Below, piece by piece: positions 18,747 to 33,511 of a stretch of DNA of 64,000 bases. Below the pieces are notes generated by a model. The model worked only from the letters and a program-made list of their open reading frames with translations. It was not told the origin of the DNA and made no database searches. Position numbers and translations under genes: made by a program. Within the stretch, counting starts at the first letter, position 1; each line of letters opens with the position of its first letter. This DNA is from Gemmatimonadota bacterium (GTDB taxonomy: Bacteria; Gemmatimonadota; Gemmatimonadetes; Gemmatimonadales; Gemmatimonadaceae), in assembly GCA_021299375.1 (NCBI GenBank), contig JAJTGR010000011.1:43490-107489 (forward strand), read 5' to 3'.

Positions 18747-19265
18747 TCAGCGCGCGGCGAGCGCGGCCAGCAGATGCTGCATGAATGCCGGCAAGTCCTT
18801 GGGTACGCGGGCACTCACCAGCCGGTCATCGACCACGGCGGGTTCGTCCACCCAGATCGCGCCCGCGTTCTCGAGGTCGTCCTTGATGCCGAGCGACCCG
18901 GTGAGGCGCCTGCCACGCACGAGGCCGGCCGAGATGAGGATCCACGGGCCGTGGCAGATACTGGCCACGATGCCGCCCGCCTCGTACACGCCGCGCACGA
19001 GCGCGAGTACCGCCGGATCGCGGCGCAGCTTGTCCGGGGCCCAGCCGCCGGGCACGACGATGCCGGCGAGTGGCGATGGGTCCAGATCGCGCACGTGTCC
19101 GTCGACCGTGCAGGGATAGCCATGCTTGCCGCGATAGTGGGCGTCGCCGTTGCCGATCAGCGGGGCGTGGAAGCCTGCCTCCTCGAGGCGCAGCTTGGGA
19201 TACCAGACCTCAAGATCTTCGTACTCGGGGCCGACGAGGACAGGGACGATCCGTGTCTGAGGCAT
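18747..19265 (-). CDS. pfpI: PfpI/DJ-1 family (type 1 glutamine amidotransferase-like) protein
   Basis: YEDLEVWYP, PGGWAPDKLR, ASICHGPW, LVSARVPKDLPAF. Start ATG at 19265. Confidence 0.9.
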   Translation of the reverse strand: MPQTRIVPVLVGPEYEDLEVWYPKLRLEEAGFHAPLIGNGDAHYRGKHGYPCTVDGHVRDLDPSPLAGIVVPGGWAPDKLRRDPAVLALVRGVYEAGGIVASICHGPWILISAGLVRGRRLTGSLGIKDDLENAGAIWVDEPAVVDDRLVSARVPKDLPAFMQHLLAALAAR

Positions 19266-19283
19266 ATGGGTGCAGGTTGCGAG

Positions 19284-19299
19284 GGGCAAAGACGGTGCA
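19284..19299 (+). promoter_or_regulatory. Possible sigma54 -24/-12 element upstream of glnK
   Basis: gGGCAaagacggTGCa: GG at 19285-86 and GC at 19297-98 are correctly spaced; flanking bases match the consensus only partly. Confidence 0.25.
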
Positions 19300-19405
19300 T
19301 GCTGTCAGGAGATGCCATTTTCTGTAACGGAACTTCCCCACGGTGCAGGCCGTTCCTTATCGTCGACCGCCGTGTACAGTGGCCGCCCCCTCGTCCCGAA
19401 CGTTC

Positions 19406-19816
19406 ATGAAGCTGCTTGTCGCCATCATCCGTCCGGAAAAGCTGGCCGATGTCAAACGCGCGTTATTCCAGGTCGGAGTCACGGGCATGACGCTCTCGCG
19501 CGTCAGTGGCCATGGCGGAGAGCGTGACGTGGTGCAGCAGTACCGCGGCGAGTCCGTGGTGCTGGAGTTCCACGAAAAAGTGCGCATCGAGATGGCCTGC
19601 TCGGAAGAGTTCGTGGAGCGTGCCATTCAGGCGATCTGCGACGGGGCGCGCACGGGCGACGTGGGTGACGGCAAGATCTTCGTGTTGCCGCTCGATCACA
19701 CTGTGCGCATCCGCACCGGGGAGCGGGACAACGAGGCGCTCACCGCGGTCAACGCCGACGAGATCATGCGACAGACCCAGCTCGAAATGCGCATCCCCAC
19801 GCTGGGGGATCGTTGA
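19406..19816 (+). CDS. glnK: P-II nitrogen regulatory protein with C-terminal extension
   Basis: AIIRPEK, GMT, YRG, EKVRIE, TGDVGDGKIFV, RIRTGE; lies directly upstream of amtB with stop/start overlap. Confidence 0.92.
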   Translation: MKLLVAIIRPEKLADVKRALFQVGVTGMTLSRVSGHGGERDVVQQYRGESVVLEFHEKVRIEMACSEEFVERAIQAICDGARTGDVGDGKIFVLPLDHTVRIRTGERDNEALTAVNADEIMRQTQLEMRIPTLGDR

Positions 19817-21195
19817 TGTCCATGACGATCGTTCCGGCCATGCCGCTGCTGGCGGCCGGGCAGGCGTCCGCGCCGACCATCTCGGCCGGCGACACGGCGT
19901 GGGTGCTCATCAGTACGGCGCTCGTGCTGCTCATGGTGCCGGGCCTTGCCTTTTTCTACGGCGGGCTCGTTCGCACCAAGAGCGCCCTCAATACCATGCT
20001 GATGAGCCTCGGCGCGCTCGCCGTCGTCACGGTGCAGTGGGTGTTGTTCGGTTACAGCCTCGCCTTCGGGCCGGGGTCATCATGGATCGGCGGTCTTGCG
20101 CACCTTGGCTTCACCGGCGTGACGGCGTTGCCCAACCCGACGTACTCGGCGGCGCTGCCGCATCTGCTGTTTTCGGCGTTTCAGGCGATGTTCGCCGGGA
20201 TCACGGTGGCGCTCTTCTCCGGCGCTATCGTCGACCGGATGCGGTTCACAGCATACCTCGTGTTCGGTGTCCTGTGGACGACGATTGTCTATGACCCGCT
20301 CGCGCACTGGGTGTGGGGCGATGGCGGCTGGCTGCGGATGTTGGGCGCGCTCGACTTCGCTGGCGGGACGGTGGTGCACATCAGTGCCGGCACCACGGCC
20401 ATCGTGCTGGCGCTTGTGCTGGGGCCGCGGCGCGATTTCAAGCGCGTACCGAACGTGCCGCACAACGTGCCCTTCGCGCTGCTGGGGGCGGGGCTCCTCT
20501 GGTTCGGGTGGTTCGGGTTCAACGCGGGGTCGGCGCTCGCGGCCGACGGGATCGCGGCGAATGCGCTCGTCACCACGCATGCCGCGGCGGCGGCGGGGCT
20601 GATCAGCTGGCTGATCCTCGAACTGATCAAGGGCGGGCGGGCCACGGCCGTCGGTGCCGCGACCGGCGCGGTCGTCGGGCTTGTGGCCATCACGCCGGCC
20701 GCGGGGTTCGTCACGCCGCTCGCCGCGCTCGCCATGGGCGCACTGGCTGCGCCGTTTTCGTTCTACGCGCTGCATTACCGCCCCAAGACGCGCCTCGACG
20801 ATACGCTCGACGTGTTCGCGTGCCACGGCGTGGCCGGTATCATGGGGGCCGTGCTCACGGGAGTCTTTGCCTCGAAGGCGGTCAACCCACTTGGGGCGGA
20901 CGGTCTTCTGGCCGGCAATCCGTCGCTGGTCGGGGTGCAGCTGCTGGCGGTAGTTGCCACCATTGCTTTTGCCGGCATCGCCAGCGCCGGCATTCTCTTC
21001 GCCCTGCGGGCCGTGATGCCGCTGCGCGTGCCGGTGGAAGTGGAGGTGCAGGGCATCGACCTCGCCGAGCATGGCGAGGAGGCGTATCACGGCGGGGACC
21101 TCAGCGACCTGACCGGGCGCAAGACGGCTCTCGGCGACGCCGTGGTGCTGCCGGTCACGGAGCTGGGGGCGCGTGCGGTGCCGCGCACCGTGTAG
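19816..21195 (+). CDS. amtB: Ammonium transporter
   Basis: DFAGGTVVHISAG, PHN, LLWFGWFGFNAGS, AITPAAG, DDTLDVFACHG (twin His present). Confidence 0.95.
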   Translation: MSMTIVPAMPLLAAGQASAPTISAGDTAWVLISTALVLLMVPGLAFFYGGLVRTKSALNTMLMSLGALAVVTVQWVLFGYSLAFGPGSSWIGGLAHLGFTGVTALPNPTYSAALPHLLFSAFQAMFAGITVALFSGAIVDRMRFTAYLVFGVLWTTIVYDPLAHWVWGDGGWLRMLGALDFAGGTVVHISAGTTAIVLALVLGPRRDFKRVPNVPHNVPFALLGAGLLWFGWFGFNAGSALAADGIAANALVTTHAAAAAGLISWLILELIKGGRATAVGAATGAVVGLVAITPAAGFVTPLAALAMGALAAPFSFYALHYRPKTRLDDTLDVFACHGVAGIMGAVLTGVFASKAVNPLGADGLLAGNPSLVGVQLLAVVATIAFAGIASAGILFALRAVMPLRVPVEVEVQGIDLAEHGEEAYHGGDLSDLTGRKTALGDAVVLPVTELGARAVPRTV

Positions 21196-21218
21196 GCGGG
21201 TTGGCGCGGCACACGACA

Positions 21219-21255
21219 GAGGGGGGCGCGCTCGTCGAGCGTGCCCCCCTTTTCT
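21219..21255 (+). terminator. Intrinsic terminator after amtB
   Basis: GGGGGGCGCGCTC-gtc-GAGCGTGCCCCCC followed by TTTTCT. Confidence 0.75.
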
Positions 21256-21283
21256 GCTCAGGCAACCGGACCGCGGAGGCGGG

Positions 21284-21448
21284 TCAGCTGTCGAAACCGC
21301 CCTGCTTCTGCTTGAGCCACGACATGGGAATCATGAACAACGGCGACAGGAACAGTCCGAGCAGGATGTTGATCCAGATGAGCGCCATCCAGTAGGCGGT
21401 CATGCCGAACGAGGCCCAGATGGTGCCGAGGGTGCCGTGTGATTCCAC
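21284..21448 (-). CDS. Small membrane protein (54 aa), not in the supplied ORF list
   Basis: GGGAGAG upstream of GTG; MESHGTLGTIWASFGMTAYWMALIWINILLGLFLSPLFMIPMSWLKQKQGGFDS; nearly all codons end in G/C. Confidence 0.7.
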   Translation of the reverse strand: MESHGTLGTIWASFGMTAYWMALIWINILLGLFLSPLFMIPMSWLKQKQGGFDS

Positions 21449-21581
21449 AGTGTCTCTCCCGTGACGATTGCGGGCGCTCGGAGGCGCCGGAAAGGGAAAA
21501 CAGTAGTCGACTGGCCGCGGCAGAGGTAGGGGGGCTGACCGGGAGGTTGACGCCCACCGGTCCCCGGGGCATCAGTCCCGG

Positions 21582-23087
21582 ATGATGCGTTCGTCCCGCG
21601 GCACGGAGCCAGCCGCCTCCCCCGCTCTGCCTCCGGTGCCAACGCCGGTTCCGGCTGCGCCGGTTCCGACCGCGCCGGTGCTGGTGGCGGGCTCGAACGA
21701 CCGCGTCGACCTCGCGGCCGCCGGCTCGGCCGCCGGCTCGGCCGACGAGTTGGCCGACGGCGTCGCCCCCGGCGAGCTCCTGCGGGCCTCCCTGGAGGTG
21801 GCACTCGCCGCCTTGCCGGATCCACTGGTGCTGGCGGTCTCCGGAGGCTGCGACTCGATGGCCCTCCTGTACGCCATGGCACGTTGGGCGCCGGGCCGGA
21901 TCGCCGCCGTAGCCACCTTCGATCATGGCACCGGTGCTTTTGCCACGGAGGCTGCGTCGCTCGTGGCAGCCCAGGCCCGCAAGCTCGGGCTTACCGTCGT
22001 CCGGGAGCGGAGTCGAACACTCGGCCACTCGGAGGCCGCATGGCGTGACGCCCGGTGGCAGTTCCTGCGGCGCATCGCGCGCGGGTTCCAGGCCCGGATC
22101 GCCACGGCGCACACGCGCGACGACCAGCTCGAGACGATCGTGATGCGTGCCCTGCGTGGCAGCGGAGCGCGTGGCCTCGCGGCGCTGGCGGCGCCGTCGT
22201 CCGTGGTGCGGCCCTGGCTCGGTGTGTCGCGCACGGAGCTCGCCCGGTGGGTGGCGGGGGAGGGGCTGCCCTTCCTCGATGACCCCATGAACAGTTCGAG
22301 CCGCTACCTGCGTGGGCGCGTTCGGCACCAGCTGCTGCCGGCCCTCGAAGCGGCGTCTCCCGGATTCCGCGATGCCATGCTCGCCGTCGGCGAGCGGGCG
22401 GCGGCCTGGCGGCGCGACGTCGACGCGCTGCTCGATGCCAGCGGGCTGACGCTGTCGCACCGTGGTACGCGCCTGATCGTGCTGGCGCGACTGCTGGAAC
22501 AGACGACCCCCGACGGACGGGCGGTACTCTGGCCGGCGCTGTGCGCACGGGTCGGCGTGACGCTCGACGCGCATGGAACCCGCGCTGCCGTCCGGTTTAG
22601 CACCAACGGGCGTCTTGGCGCCCACATCACGCTGGCAGGTGGTGCCACCATCCTGCGACGCCGGGACGGTCGCGGGGACGTCTTCGAGGTGCGGTGCCCG
22701 GGAGGATCGGACGCCACGCCGCCCTGCTGGCATGGCGGGGCCGAGGCGTTGCCGGCCCGGTTCGGCGGGTGGCGCTTCCGGCGTCTGGGGGTGGAGCCAT
22801 TGGCCTCCGATACGTGGAGCATCGGGTTGCCCGAAGGCGCCGCGGTCGTCGTGCGCACATGGAAGCGCGGCGATCGCATCCGCACCGCTGGTGCGCCAGC
22901 GGGGCGGCGGGTCACACGATATCTTTCGGAGTTGCAGGTTCCCGTCCTCGATCGTTCGTCGTGGCCTGTCGTGCTGATTGGCGATGAGCTGGCGTGGATT
23001 CCTGGCATTTGTCGCGGCCTCGCGGCACCGTCCCGGCCCGGTCGGCCGGATCTGATCTGGTACCGGTGTGAGCGCGAGTTCGACTGA
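21582..23087 (+). CDS. tilS: tRNA(Ile)-lysidine synthetase (start uncertain; Pro/Ala-rich N-terminus)
   Basis: [42 protein letters not shown], and a C-terminal TilS_C-like segment; tilS-hpt-ftsH synteny. Confidence 0.85.
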   Translation: MMRSSRGTEPAASPALPPVPTPVPAAPVPTAPVLVAGSNDRVDLAAAGSAAGSADELADGVAPGELLRASLEVALAALPDPLVLAVSGGCDSMALLYAMARWAPGRIAAVATFDHGTGAFATEAASLVAAQARKLGLTVVRERSRTLGHSEAAWRDARWQFLRRIARGFQARIATAHTRDDQLETIVMRALRGSGARGLAALAAPSSVVRPWLGVSRTELARWVAGEGLPFLDDPMNSSSRYLRGRVRHQLLPALEAASPGFRDAMLAVGERAAAWRRDVDALLDASGLTLSHRGTRLIVLARLLEQTTPDGRAVLWPALCARVGVTLDAHGTRAAVRFSTNGRLGAHITLAGGATILRRRDGRGDVFEVRCPGGSDATPPCWHGGAEALPARFGGWRFRRLGVEPLASDTWSIGLPEGAAVVVRTWKRGDRIRTAGAPAGRRVTRYLSELQVPVLDRSSWPVVLIGDELAWIPGICRGLAAPSRPGRPDLIWYRCEREFD

Positions 23088-23640
23088 GTCTTCTGGGGCC
23101 ACCGTGGATCCCCGCCTCGATGGACGCGCGGTCAAGCGCGTGGTGTTCGATGCGGACGCCATCGCGGGCCGTGTCGCGTCGCTGGGCGCGGAGATCACCG
23201 CCGCCTATCCGGACGGGGACTTGCTCGTGCTGGGGTTGCTGAAGGGCAGCTTCATCTTCCTGAGCGACCTCGTACGGCACATCGCGCGGCCGCTGCAGGT
23301 CGATTTCCTCGTGGCATCGTCCTACGGCGATGCCATGGAGTCGAGCGGCGTGGTGCGGCTTCTCTACGATCCGGAAACGGAACTGGAGGGCAAACACATT
23401 CTTCTCGTGGAGGACATCGTCGATTCCGGCCGTACCCTCAGCCGGCTTATCGACCTGCTCGGCGAACGGAAGCCTCGGTCCCTCGAGATCTGTGCGCTGC
23501 TGCACAAGCACATTGCCACGGAGTTGCAGTATCCCACGCGGTTCGTCGGGTTCGATGCGCCGCACGAGTTTCTGGTCGGCTACGGTCTCGACCATGCCGA
23601 GAACTTCCGGCATCTGCCGTACGTCGCCAGCCTGCAGTAA
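23068..23640 (+). CDS. hpt: Hypoxanthine phosphoribosyltransferase
   Basis: [43 protein letters not shown]. Confidence 0.95.
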   Translation: MSASSTESSGATVDPRLDGRAVKRVVFDADAIAGRVASLGAEITAAYPDGDLLVLGLLKGSFIFLSDLVRHIARPLQVDFLVASSYGDAMESSGVVRLLYDPETELEGKHILLVEDIVDSGRTLSRLIDLLGERKPRSLEICALLHKHIATELQYPTRFVGFDAPHEFLVGYGLDHAENFRHLPYVASLQ

Positions 23641-23664
23641 GCCAGTCACCATTTGGCACCGAAC

Positions 23665-25638
<1,974 letters not shown>

Positions 25639-25647
25639 GGGCGCCGG

Positions 25648-27486
25648 GTGCCTCGACCGTCGCCGCCGCGATTCACGCTTCCGTCCACCATCGTCGCCGC
25701 AGTCGTGGCGACGATGGTGCTTTTGGCGACCTATCTCGCCACCAGCGCCCCTGACCTCACGTTCTGGGACGCGAGCGAACTCGCCACCGCGGCCCACACG
25801 CTCGGGATCCCCCATCCGCCCGGGACGCCCCTGTGGGTTCTCCTGGCTAAGGTCTCGGCCATGCTGTTCAGCAGTACGGCTCCCCCCCGCGCCGTCACGT
25901 TGCTCTCGGTGTGGGCCTCGGCACTGGCAGGTGGCGTTGGGGCATGGATGAGCGCCCGGTGGATCGGGTCGCGGGGCGCCGTCGTGGCCGCGGTCCTCGC
26001 TGGGGCCATGCTGACGGTATGGAACAACGCCACCGAGACCGAGGTGTACGCGGTGGCCCTGCTGGCGAGCCTGTGTATGCTGGCCGCTGGCGAGTGGGCC
26101 GGCCGGGCTGAGGTGAGCGCTGACCAGCGGCGGCGGGGCCGGGCACTCCTGGTGTTCATCGCCGCGCTGGCGGTACCCCTGCATCTGAGTGTGCTCGTCG
26201 CTCTGCCGGCGGCGGTCGCGTTCGCGTGGCGAGGGCCACGCCCGTCCGTCCGGGACGGCATGGCGTGGGGGGCCGTCGCGGCGCTTGGGCTGTCGGCGGT
26301 GGTGATCCTGCCGATGCTCTCGCTTCAGAACCCGCGGCTCGACAGCGGCGACCCCGAGACGTGGCGGTCGCTGCTTGGAGTGCTGCGCCGCGAGCAGTAC
26401 AGCGTGGCCGGTCTCTGGCCACGCCAGGCCCCGCTGTGGCTCCAACTGGGCAATGTGTTCCAGTGGGCCGACTGGCAGGTGGCGTTCGGGTTGCACCCAC
26501 TGGCCACCGCGGCGTGGCCGCGGACGGCGCTTTCCGTACTCTGGGGATGGCTCGGCCTGATCGGCCTGCGCACCCTCTGGCACCATGAGGCGCGGGTAGG
26601 CCGCGCCATGGCGGTCCTGCTGCTGTCCGGAACGCTCGGCGTGGTGTGCTGGCTCAACCTCCGCGCCGGGCCAACGTTCGGGGTTGGGGTGCTGCCCGAC
26701 GGTGCGGTGCACGAGGCACGGGAGCGGGACTATTTCTTCGTGTTGGGATTCTGGGCGTGGGGCCTGCTGGCGGGCGCCGGCATCTCCTCGCTGGCGGCGG
26801 CTTTGCGTCGGCGGTGGCCGGCGCCCGTGGCCGTGCTCCCGTTTGCCCTGGCGCTCGTGCCGCTGCTCGCCAATCGCGAGGTCGCCGACCGGCGCCGCGA
26901 GCCGGTCGCCAGCCTGCCGCGCACCTATGCGCGCCTGCTGCTGGAGTCCGTGCCACCCAACGGGGTGCTCATTGCGGCTGGGGACAACGACACGTTTCCG
27001 CTCTGGTACCTGCAGCAGGTCGAGGAGGTGCGGCCGGATGTGTCGATCGTGACGGTCCCGCTGCTTGGCGCCCGGTGGTATCGGGCGGCGCTGGCGGCGG
27101 ACGGCTTGCTGGCCGCCGACCTGGTGCCATCGTGGCTGGGGCTGGGGCGTGCCGTGCGGTCGGTCATGGCCGAGGCGGAAGCAGATGGCCGGGCGGTACG
27201 GGTGAGCGCATCGCTACCCAGGGCAGACCGCCTGCAACTCGATGCCGGTGCGGGGTGGGCGCTGGAAGGGCTGGTCTTCTCCCCTTCGCGCGAACTACCA
27301 GCTGGCAGCACCGGCCTTGACCGTGCGGCGCTGCGCCGCAACGCGGGGCAGGTGCCTCCATCGGCCTTCACCGCGCTGCCGCGAGCCAGTGATCCGGCGG
27401 CCGAAACCGCGCAGACGTTGTTGCGCTGTACGCGGGTCACGACCCTGGCCGATCCGTTACTTGTGTCGGGGTGCAATGGCATCTAA
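25648..27486 (+). CDS. DUF2723 (TMEM260-like) polytopic membrane protein
   Basis: DASELATAAHTLGIPHPPGTPLW, ETEVYA, RERDYFF, GDNDTFPLWYLQ. Confidence 0.8.
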   Translation: MPRPSPPRFTLPSTIVAAVVATMVLLATYLATSAPDLTFWDASELATAAHTLGIPHPPGTPLWVLLAKVSAMLFSSTAPPRAVTLLSVWASALAGGVGAWMSARWIGSRGAVVAAVLAGAMLTVWNNATETEVYAVALLASLCMLAAGEWAGRAEVSADQRRRGRALLVFIAALAVPLHLSVLVALPAAVAFAWRGPRPSVRDGMAWGAVAALGLSAVVILPMLSLQNPRLDSGDPETWRSLLGVLRREQYSVAGLWPRQAPLWLQLGNVFQWADWQVAFGLHPLATAAWPRTALSVLWGWLGLIGLRTLWHHEARVGRAMAVLLLSGTLGVVCWLNLRAGPTFGVGVLPDGAVHEARERDYFFVLGFWAWGLLAGAGISSLAAALRRRWPAPVAVLPFALALVPLLANREVADRRREPVASLPRTYARLLLESVPPNGVLIAAGDNDTFPLWYLQQVEEVRPDVSIVTVPLLGARWYRAALAADGLLAADLVPSWLGLGRAVRSVMAEAEADGRAVRVSASLPRADRLQLDAGAGWALEGLVFSPSRELPAGSTGLDRAALRRNAGQVPPSAFTALPRASDPAAETAQTLLRCTRVTTLADPLLVSGCNGI

Positions 27487-27489
27487 CCT
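27461..27489 (+). promoter_or_regulatory. Possible sigma70 promoter for yggS
   Basis: TTGTGT (27461-66)-N17-TAACCT (27484-89); ATG lies 8 nt downstream. Confidence 0.3.
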
Positions 27490-27497
27490 TATGTGCT

Positions 27498-28193
27498 ATG
27501 CCAATTTCCGACCATGTCGCGACTGCGGTCCAGGAGGCAGTGGCGGAGGCGCGGGCGCGCATCGCCTCCGCCTGCGTACGCGGTGGACATGGGCAGCAGG
27601 TCACCCTGGTGGCGGTCACCAAGACGCACGGGCCTGAGGCCGTCGAAGCCGCATGGGCGGCTGGCGTGACCGACGTGGGCGAAAACAAGGTGCAGGAAGC
27701 CGAGGCCAAGATGGCGCAGGTCTCGGTGCCAGTGCGCTGGCACCTCATCGGTCACCTCCAGCGCAACAAGGTACGGCACGCCCTGCGGTTTTCCCTCATT
27801 CACGGGCTCGACAGCGAACGGCTGGCGGTGGCGCTGCACGAGGAAGCGGTCAAAGCCGACGCCACCATCGAGGTCCTGATGCAGGTCAACGTGAGCGGCG
27901 AAGCGACCAAGAACGGGGTCTCCCCGGCCGAGGTGGCGCCGCTTGCGGAACGCTTGCTCGCCCTGCCGCACCTGCGAGTGCGGGGCGTCATGACCATGGC
28001 GCCGTTCGACGCCGAGGAGCGTGTCGTGCGTACCGTCTTTGCAGGGGCTCGCGACGCCCGCACCGTGTTGCAGCGCGGTGGGCATCCGGCCGACTGGCTG
28101 AGCATGGGCATGTCCGGCGACTACGAGATCGCCGTCGAGGAAGGCGCCACGCACGTGCGACTCGGCACCGTGCTGTTCGGCAGTCGCAGCTGA
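27498..28193 (+). CDS. yggS: Pyridoxal phosphate homeostasis protein YggS
   Basis: LVAVTKT, GENKVQE, WHLIGHLQRNK, QVNVSGE..K.G, GVMTMAP, SMGMSGDY, GATHVRLGT. Confidence 0.95.
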   Translation: MPISDHVATAVQEAVAEARARIASACVRGGHGQQVTLVAVTKTHGPEAVEAAWAAGVTDVGENKVQEAEAKMAQVSVPVRWHLIGHLQRNKVRHALRFSLIHGLDSERLAVALHEEAVKADATIEVLMQVNVSGEATKNGVSPAEVAPLAERLLALPHLRVRGVMTMAPFDAEERVVRTVFAGARDARTVLQRGGHPADWLSMGMSGDYEIAVEEGATHVRLGTVLFGSRS

Positions 28194-28210
28194 CGTAATC
28201 CGGATTCCGT

Positions 28211-28840
28211 ATGACCGACGATGGCCTCCAGGGGTTTCACCTTACCGCGCTCGACGTGCGGCGCTACGATTTCGGCAGCGCGCTGCGCGGCTACGATCGT
28301 GCGCGGGTCGACCAGTTCCGCGAGCAGGTGGCAGATGAACTCGAGCGCCTCGCCCGGCTCAATCAGGAGCTGGATGCCAGGCTGCGTACCTTCGACGAGC
28401 AGCTGAAGGGCTTCCGCGAGCGCGAAAGGGCCTTGAATGACGCGCTGGTCAGCGCCCAGCAGCTTCGTGGCGAGATCCGCGAGCGGGCCGAGCGCGAGGC
28501 GCAGCTGATCGTGCGTGAGGCCCAGCAGGAGGCCGATCGCCAGCTGCAGGGCCTCCGGGACGATGTGCGGCGCGCCCAGGACGATCTGCACCAGCTCTTC
28601 CGAACCCGCCGCAACTACCTCGCCCAGGTGCGACACCAGCTCGAGCGCCAGCTCTCGGAGTTGAATGCGGTCGAGTCCGAACCGGTCCCGGAGTTCACCG
28701 TCAGCCGGCCCTCGCTCGGGACTCCCGCAGGCCCGCTCCTGCCGGAGCCGTCGGTGGCACAGGAGATTCGGGACTTGCCGCCGAAACCGCTGGCGCCAAC
28801 CCCCTCGTGGCTCGACGCGGCGGTCGAGGAGGAACGATGA
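28211..28840 (+). CDS. DivIVA domain protein
   Basis: LTALDVRRYDFGSALRGYDRARVDQF (DivIVA N-terminal domain), then a coiled coil with AEREAQLIVREA. Confidence 0.85.
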   Translation: MTDDGLQGFHLTALDVRRYDFGSALRGYDRARVDQFREQVADELERLARLNQELDARLRTFDEQLKGFRERERALNDALVSAQQLRGEIRERAEREAQLIVREAQQEADRQLQGLRDDVRRAQDDLHQLFRTRRNYLAQVRHQLERQLSELNAVESEPVPEFTVSRPSLGTPAGPLLPEPSVAQEIRDLPPKPLAPTPSWLDAAVEEER

Positions 28841-29745
28841 GCAACGGCGCCCTGCCGGCGTCTCGTCCGCAGCTGCAGTACACGCAGGAGCATACGGCGG
28901 TGGGACTCGGACACCCAGCCCTCGGGCTCCACGCCCGCGAGCGGATCGAGGCGTGTGCCCAGGCAGTCCGTCGGCGTTTCGCGAAGCCGGTGGAGGTCGC
29001 GATCATCCTGGGCACCGGTCTCGGCGGACTGGCCGCAGAGATCGAAGTGGACCAGGTCGTCGCGTATCATGACCTGCCCAACTTCCCGCTTTCGACGGTC
29101 GAGTCGCACGAGGGCCGGCTCTTGTGCGGGTCGCTCGGCGGCAGGACCGTGATCGCCATGCAGGGGCGCTTCCATCGCTACGAGGGCTACTCGCTGCAGC
29201 AGGTGACCTTCCCGGTGCGTGTGCTCCGCGCGCTCGGGGCGGAGACGCTGCTCGTCAGCAACGCCTGTGGCGGGATGCATCCGCTGTGGGCCCCCGGTGA
29301 CCTGATGCTCATCGCCGACCATATCAATCTGCTTGGCGACAATCCGCTCATCGGTCCCAACGACGACCTGCTCGGGCCACGTTTTCCGGACATGTCGGAG
29401 CCATATGACACCACCCTCCGCCACCTGGCGCGTGAGGTCGCGGCAGCCCACGGCATTACCCTGCGCGAAGGCGTGTACGTGGCGGTGCAGGGGCCGAATC
29501 TCGAGACACGGGCCGAGTACCGGTTCCTGCGCGGCATTGGAGCGGACGTGGTCGGTATGTCGACGGTGCCCGAGGTGATCGTTGCGGTGCATGCCGGCAT
29601 GCGGGTCCTCGGGTTGTCCATCATCACCGATCAGTGTCTGCCCGATGCGCTGACGCCCGCGCATCTCCCCGAGATCATCGCCGTGGCCAAGTCGGCTGAG
29701 CCGAAGCTGGCGGCGCTGGTGAAGGGTGTGCTGGCCCGTCTGTAG
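28837..29745 (+). CDS. Purine-nucleoside phosphorylase (trimeric PNP type)
   Basis: IILGTGLG, STVESHEG, QGRFHRYEG, SNACGG, DHIN, GPNLET.AE, GMSTVPE; ATGA overlap. Confidence 0.93.
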   Translation: MSNGALPASRPQLQYTQEHTAVGLGHPALGLHARERIEACAQAVRRRFAKPVEVAIILGTGLGGLAAEIEVDQVVAYHDLPNFPLSTVESHEGRLLCGSLGGRTVIAMQGRFHRYEGYSLQQVTFPVRVLRALGAETLLVSNACGGMHPLWAPGDLMLIADHINLLGDNPLIGPNDDLLGPRFPDMSEPYDTTLRHLAREVAAAHGITLREGVYVAVQGPNLETRAEYRFLRGIGADVVGMSTVPEVIVAVHAGMRVLGLSIITDQCLPDALTPAHLPEIIAVAKSAEPKLAALVKGVLARL

Positions 29746-29788
29746 TGCGTCACTGTCTCCCTCGCCGTTTCCTCCCGCTGCCCAGCTG

Positions 29789-33075
<3,287 letters not shown>

Positions 33076-33076
<1 letters not shown>

Positions 33077-33510
33077 TGGCCGAGTCGAAAGCTGCGTCAC
33101 CGAAAGACGCGAAGAAGCCGAAGCCGATGCCGAAGAAGCAGCTGCAGTACTTCGAGAAGCGGCTGCTCGAAGAGCGCAAGCGCGTCCTCAAGGAGTTGGG
33201 CCACCACAGCGAGACCCTGGGGCCCAACGGCGAGGCGTCGGAGGGAGACACCAGCGCCTACTCGTTCCACATGGCCGATCAGGGGACCGACGCGATGGAG
33301 CGTGAGAAGGCATTTCTGTTCGCCTCGAAGGAGGGCCGATTTCTCTGGCACCTCGATCAGGCGTTGCGTCGCCTGTACAAGGCGCCAGAGACCTTCGGCA
33401 AGTGCCATCAGTGCGGCGAGGACATCGCGTTCGAGCGACTCGATGCGCTGCCGAACGCCCGCTACTGCATCGCGTGCAAGCAGCGCGAGGAAGACGCCAA
33501 GAAGGGATGA
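33076..33510 (+). CDS. TraR/DksA C4 zinc-finger protein
   Basis: Coiled coil with HMADQGTD; CHQC..ERLDALP.ARYCIAC. Confidence 0.9.
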
Positions 33511-33511
33511 C

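Noticed and set aside
29746-29788. T-box leader for ileS
   Set aside because: Only 43 bp separate pnp and ileS, and no T-box motif is present.
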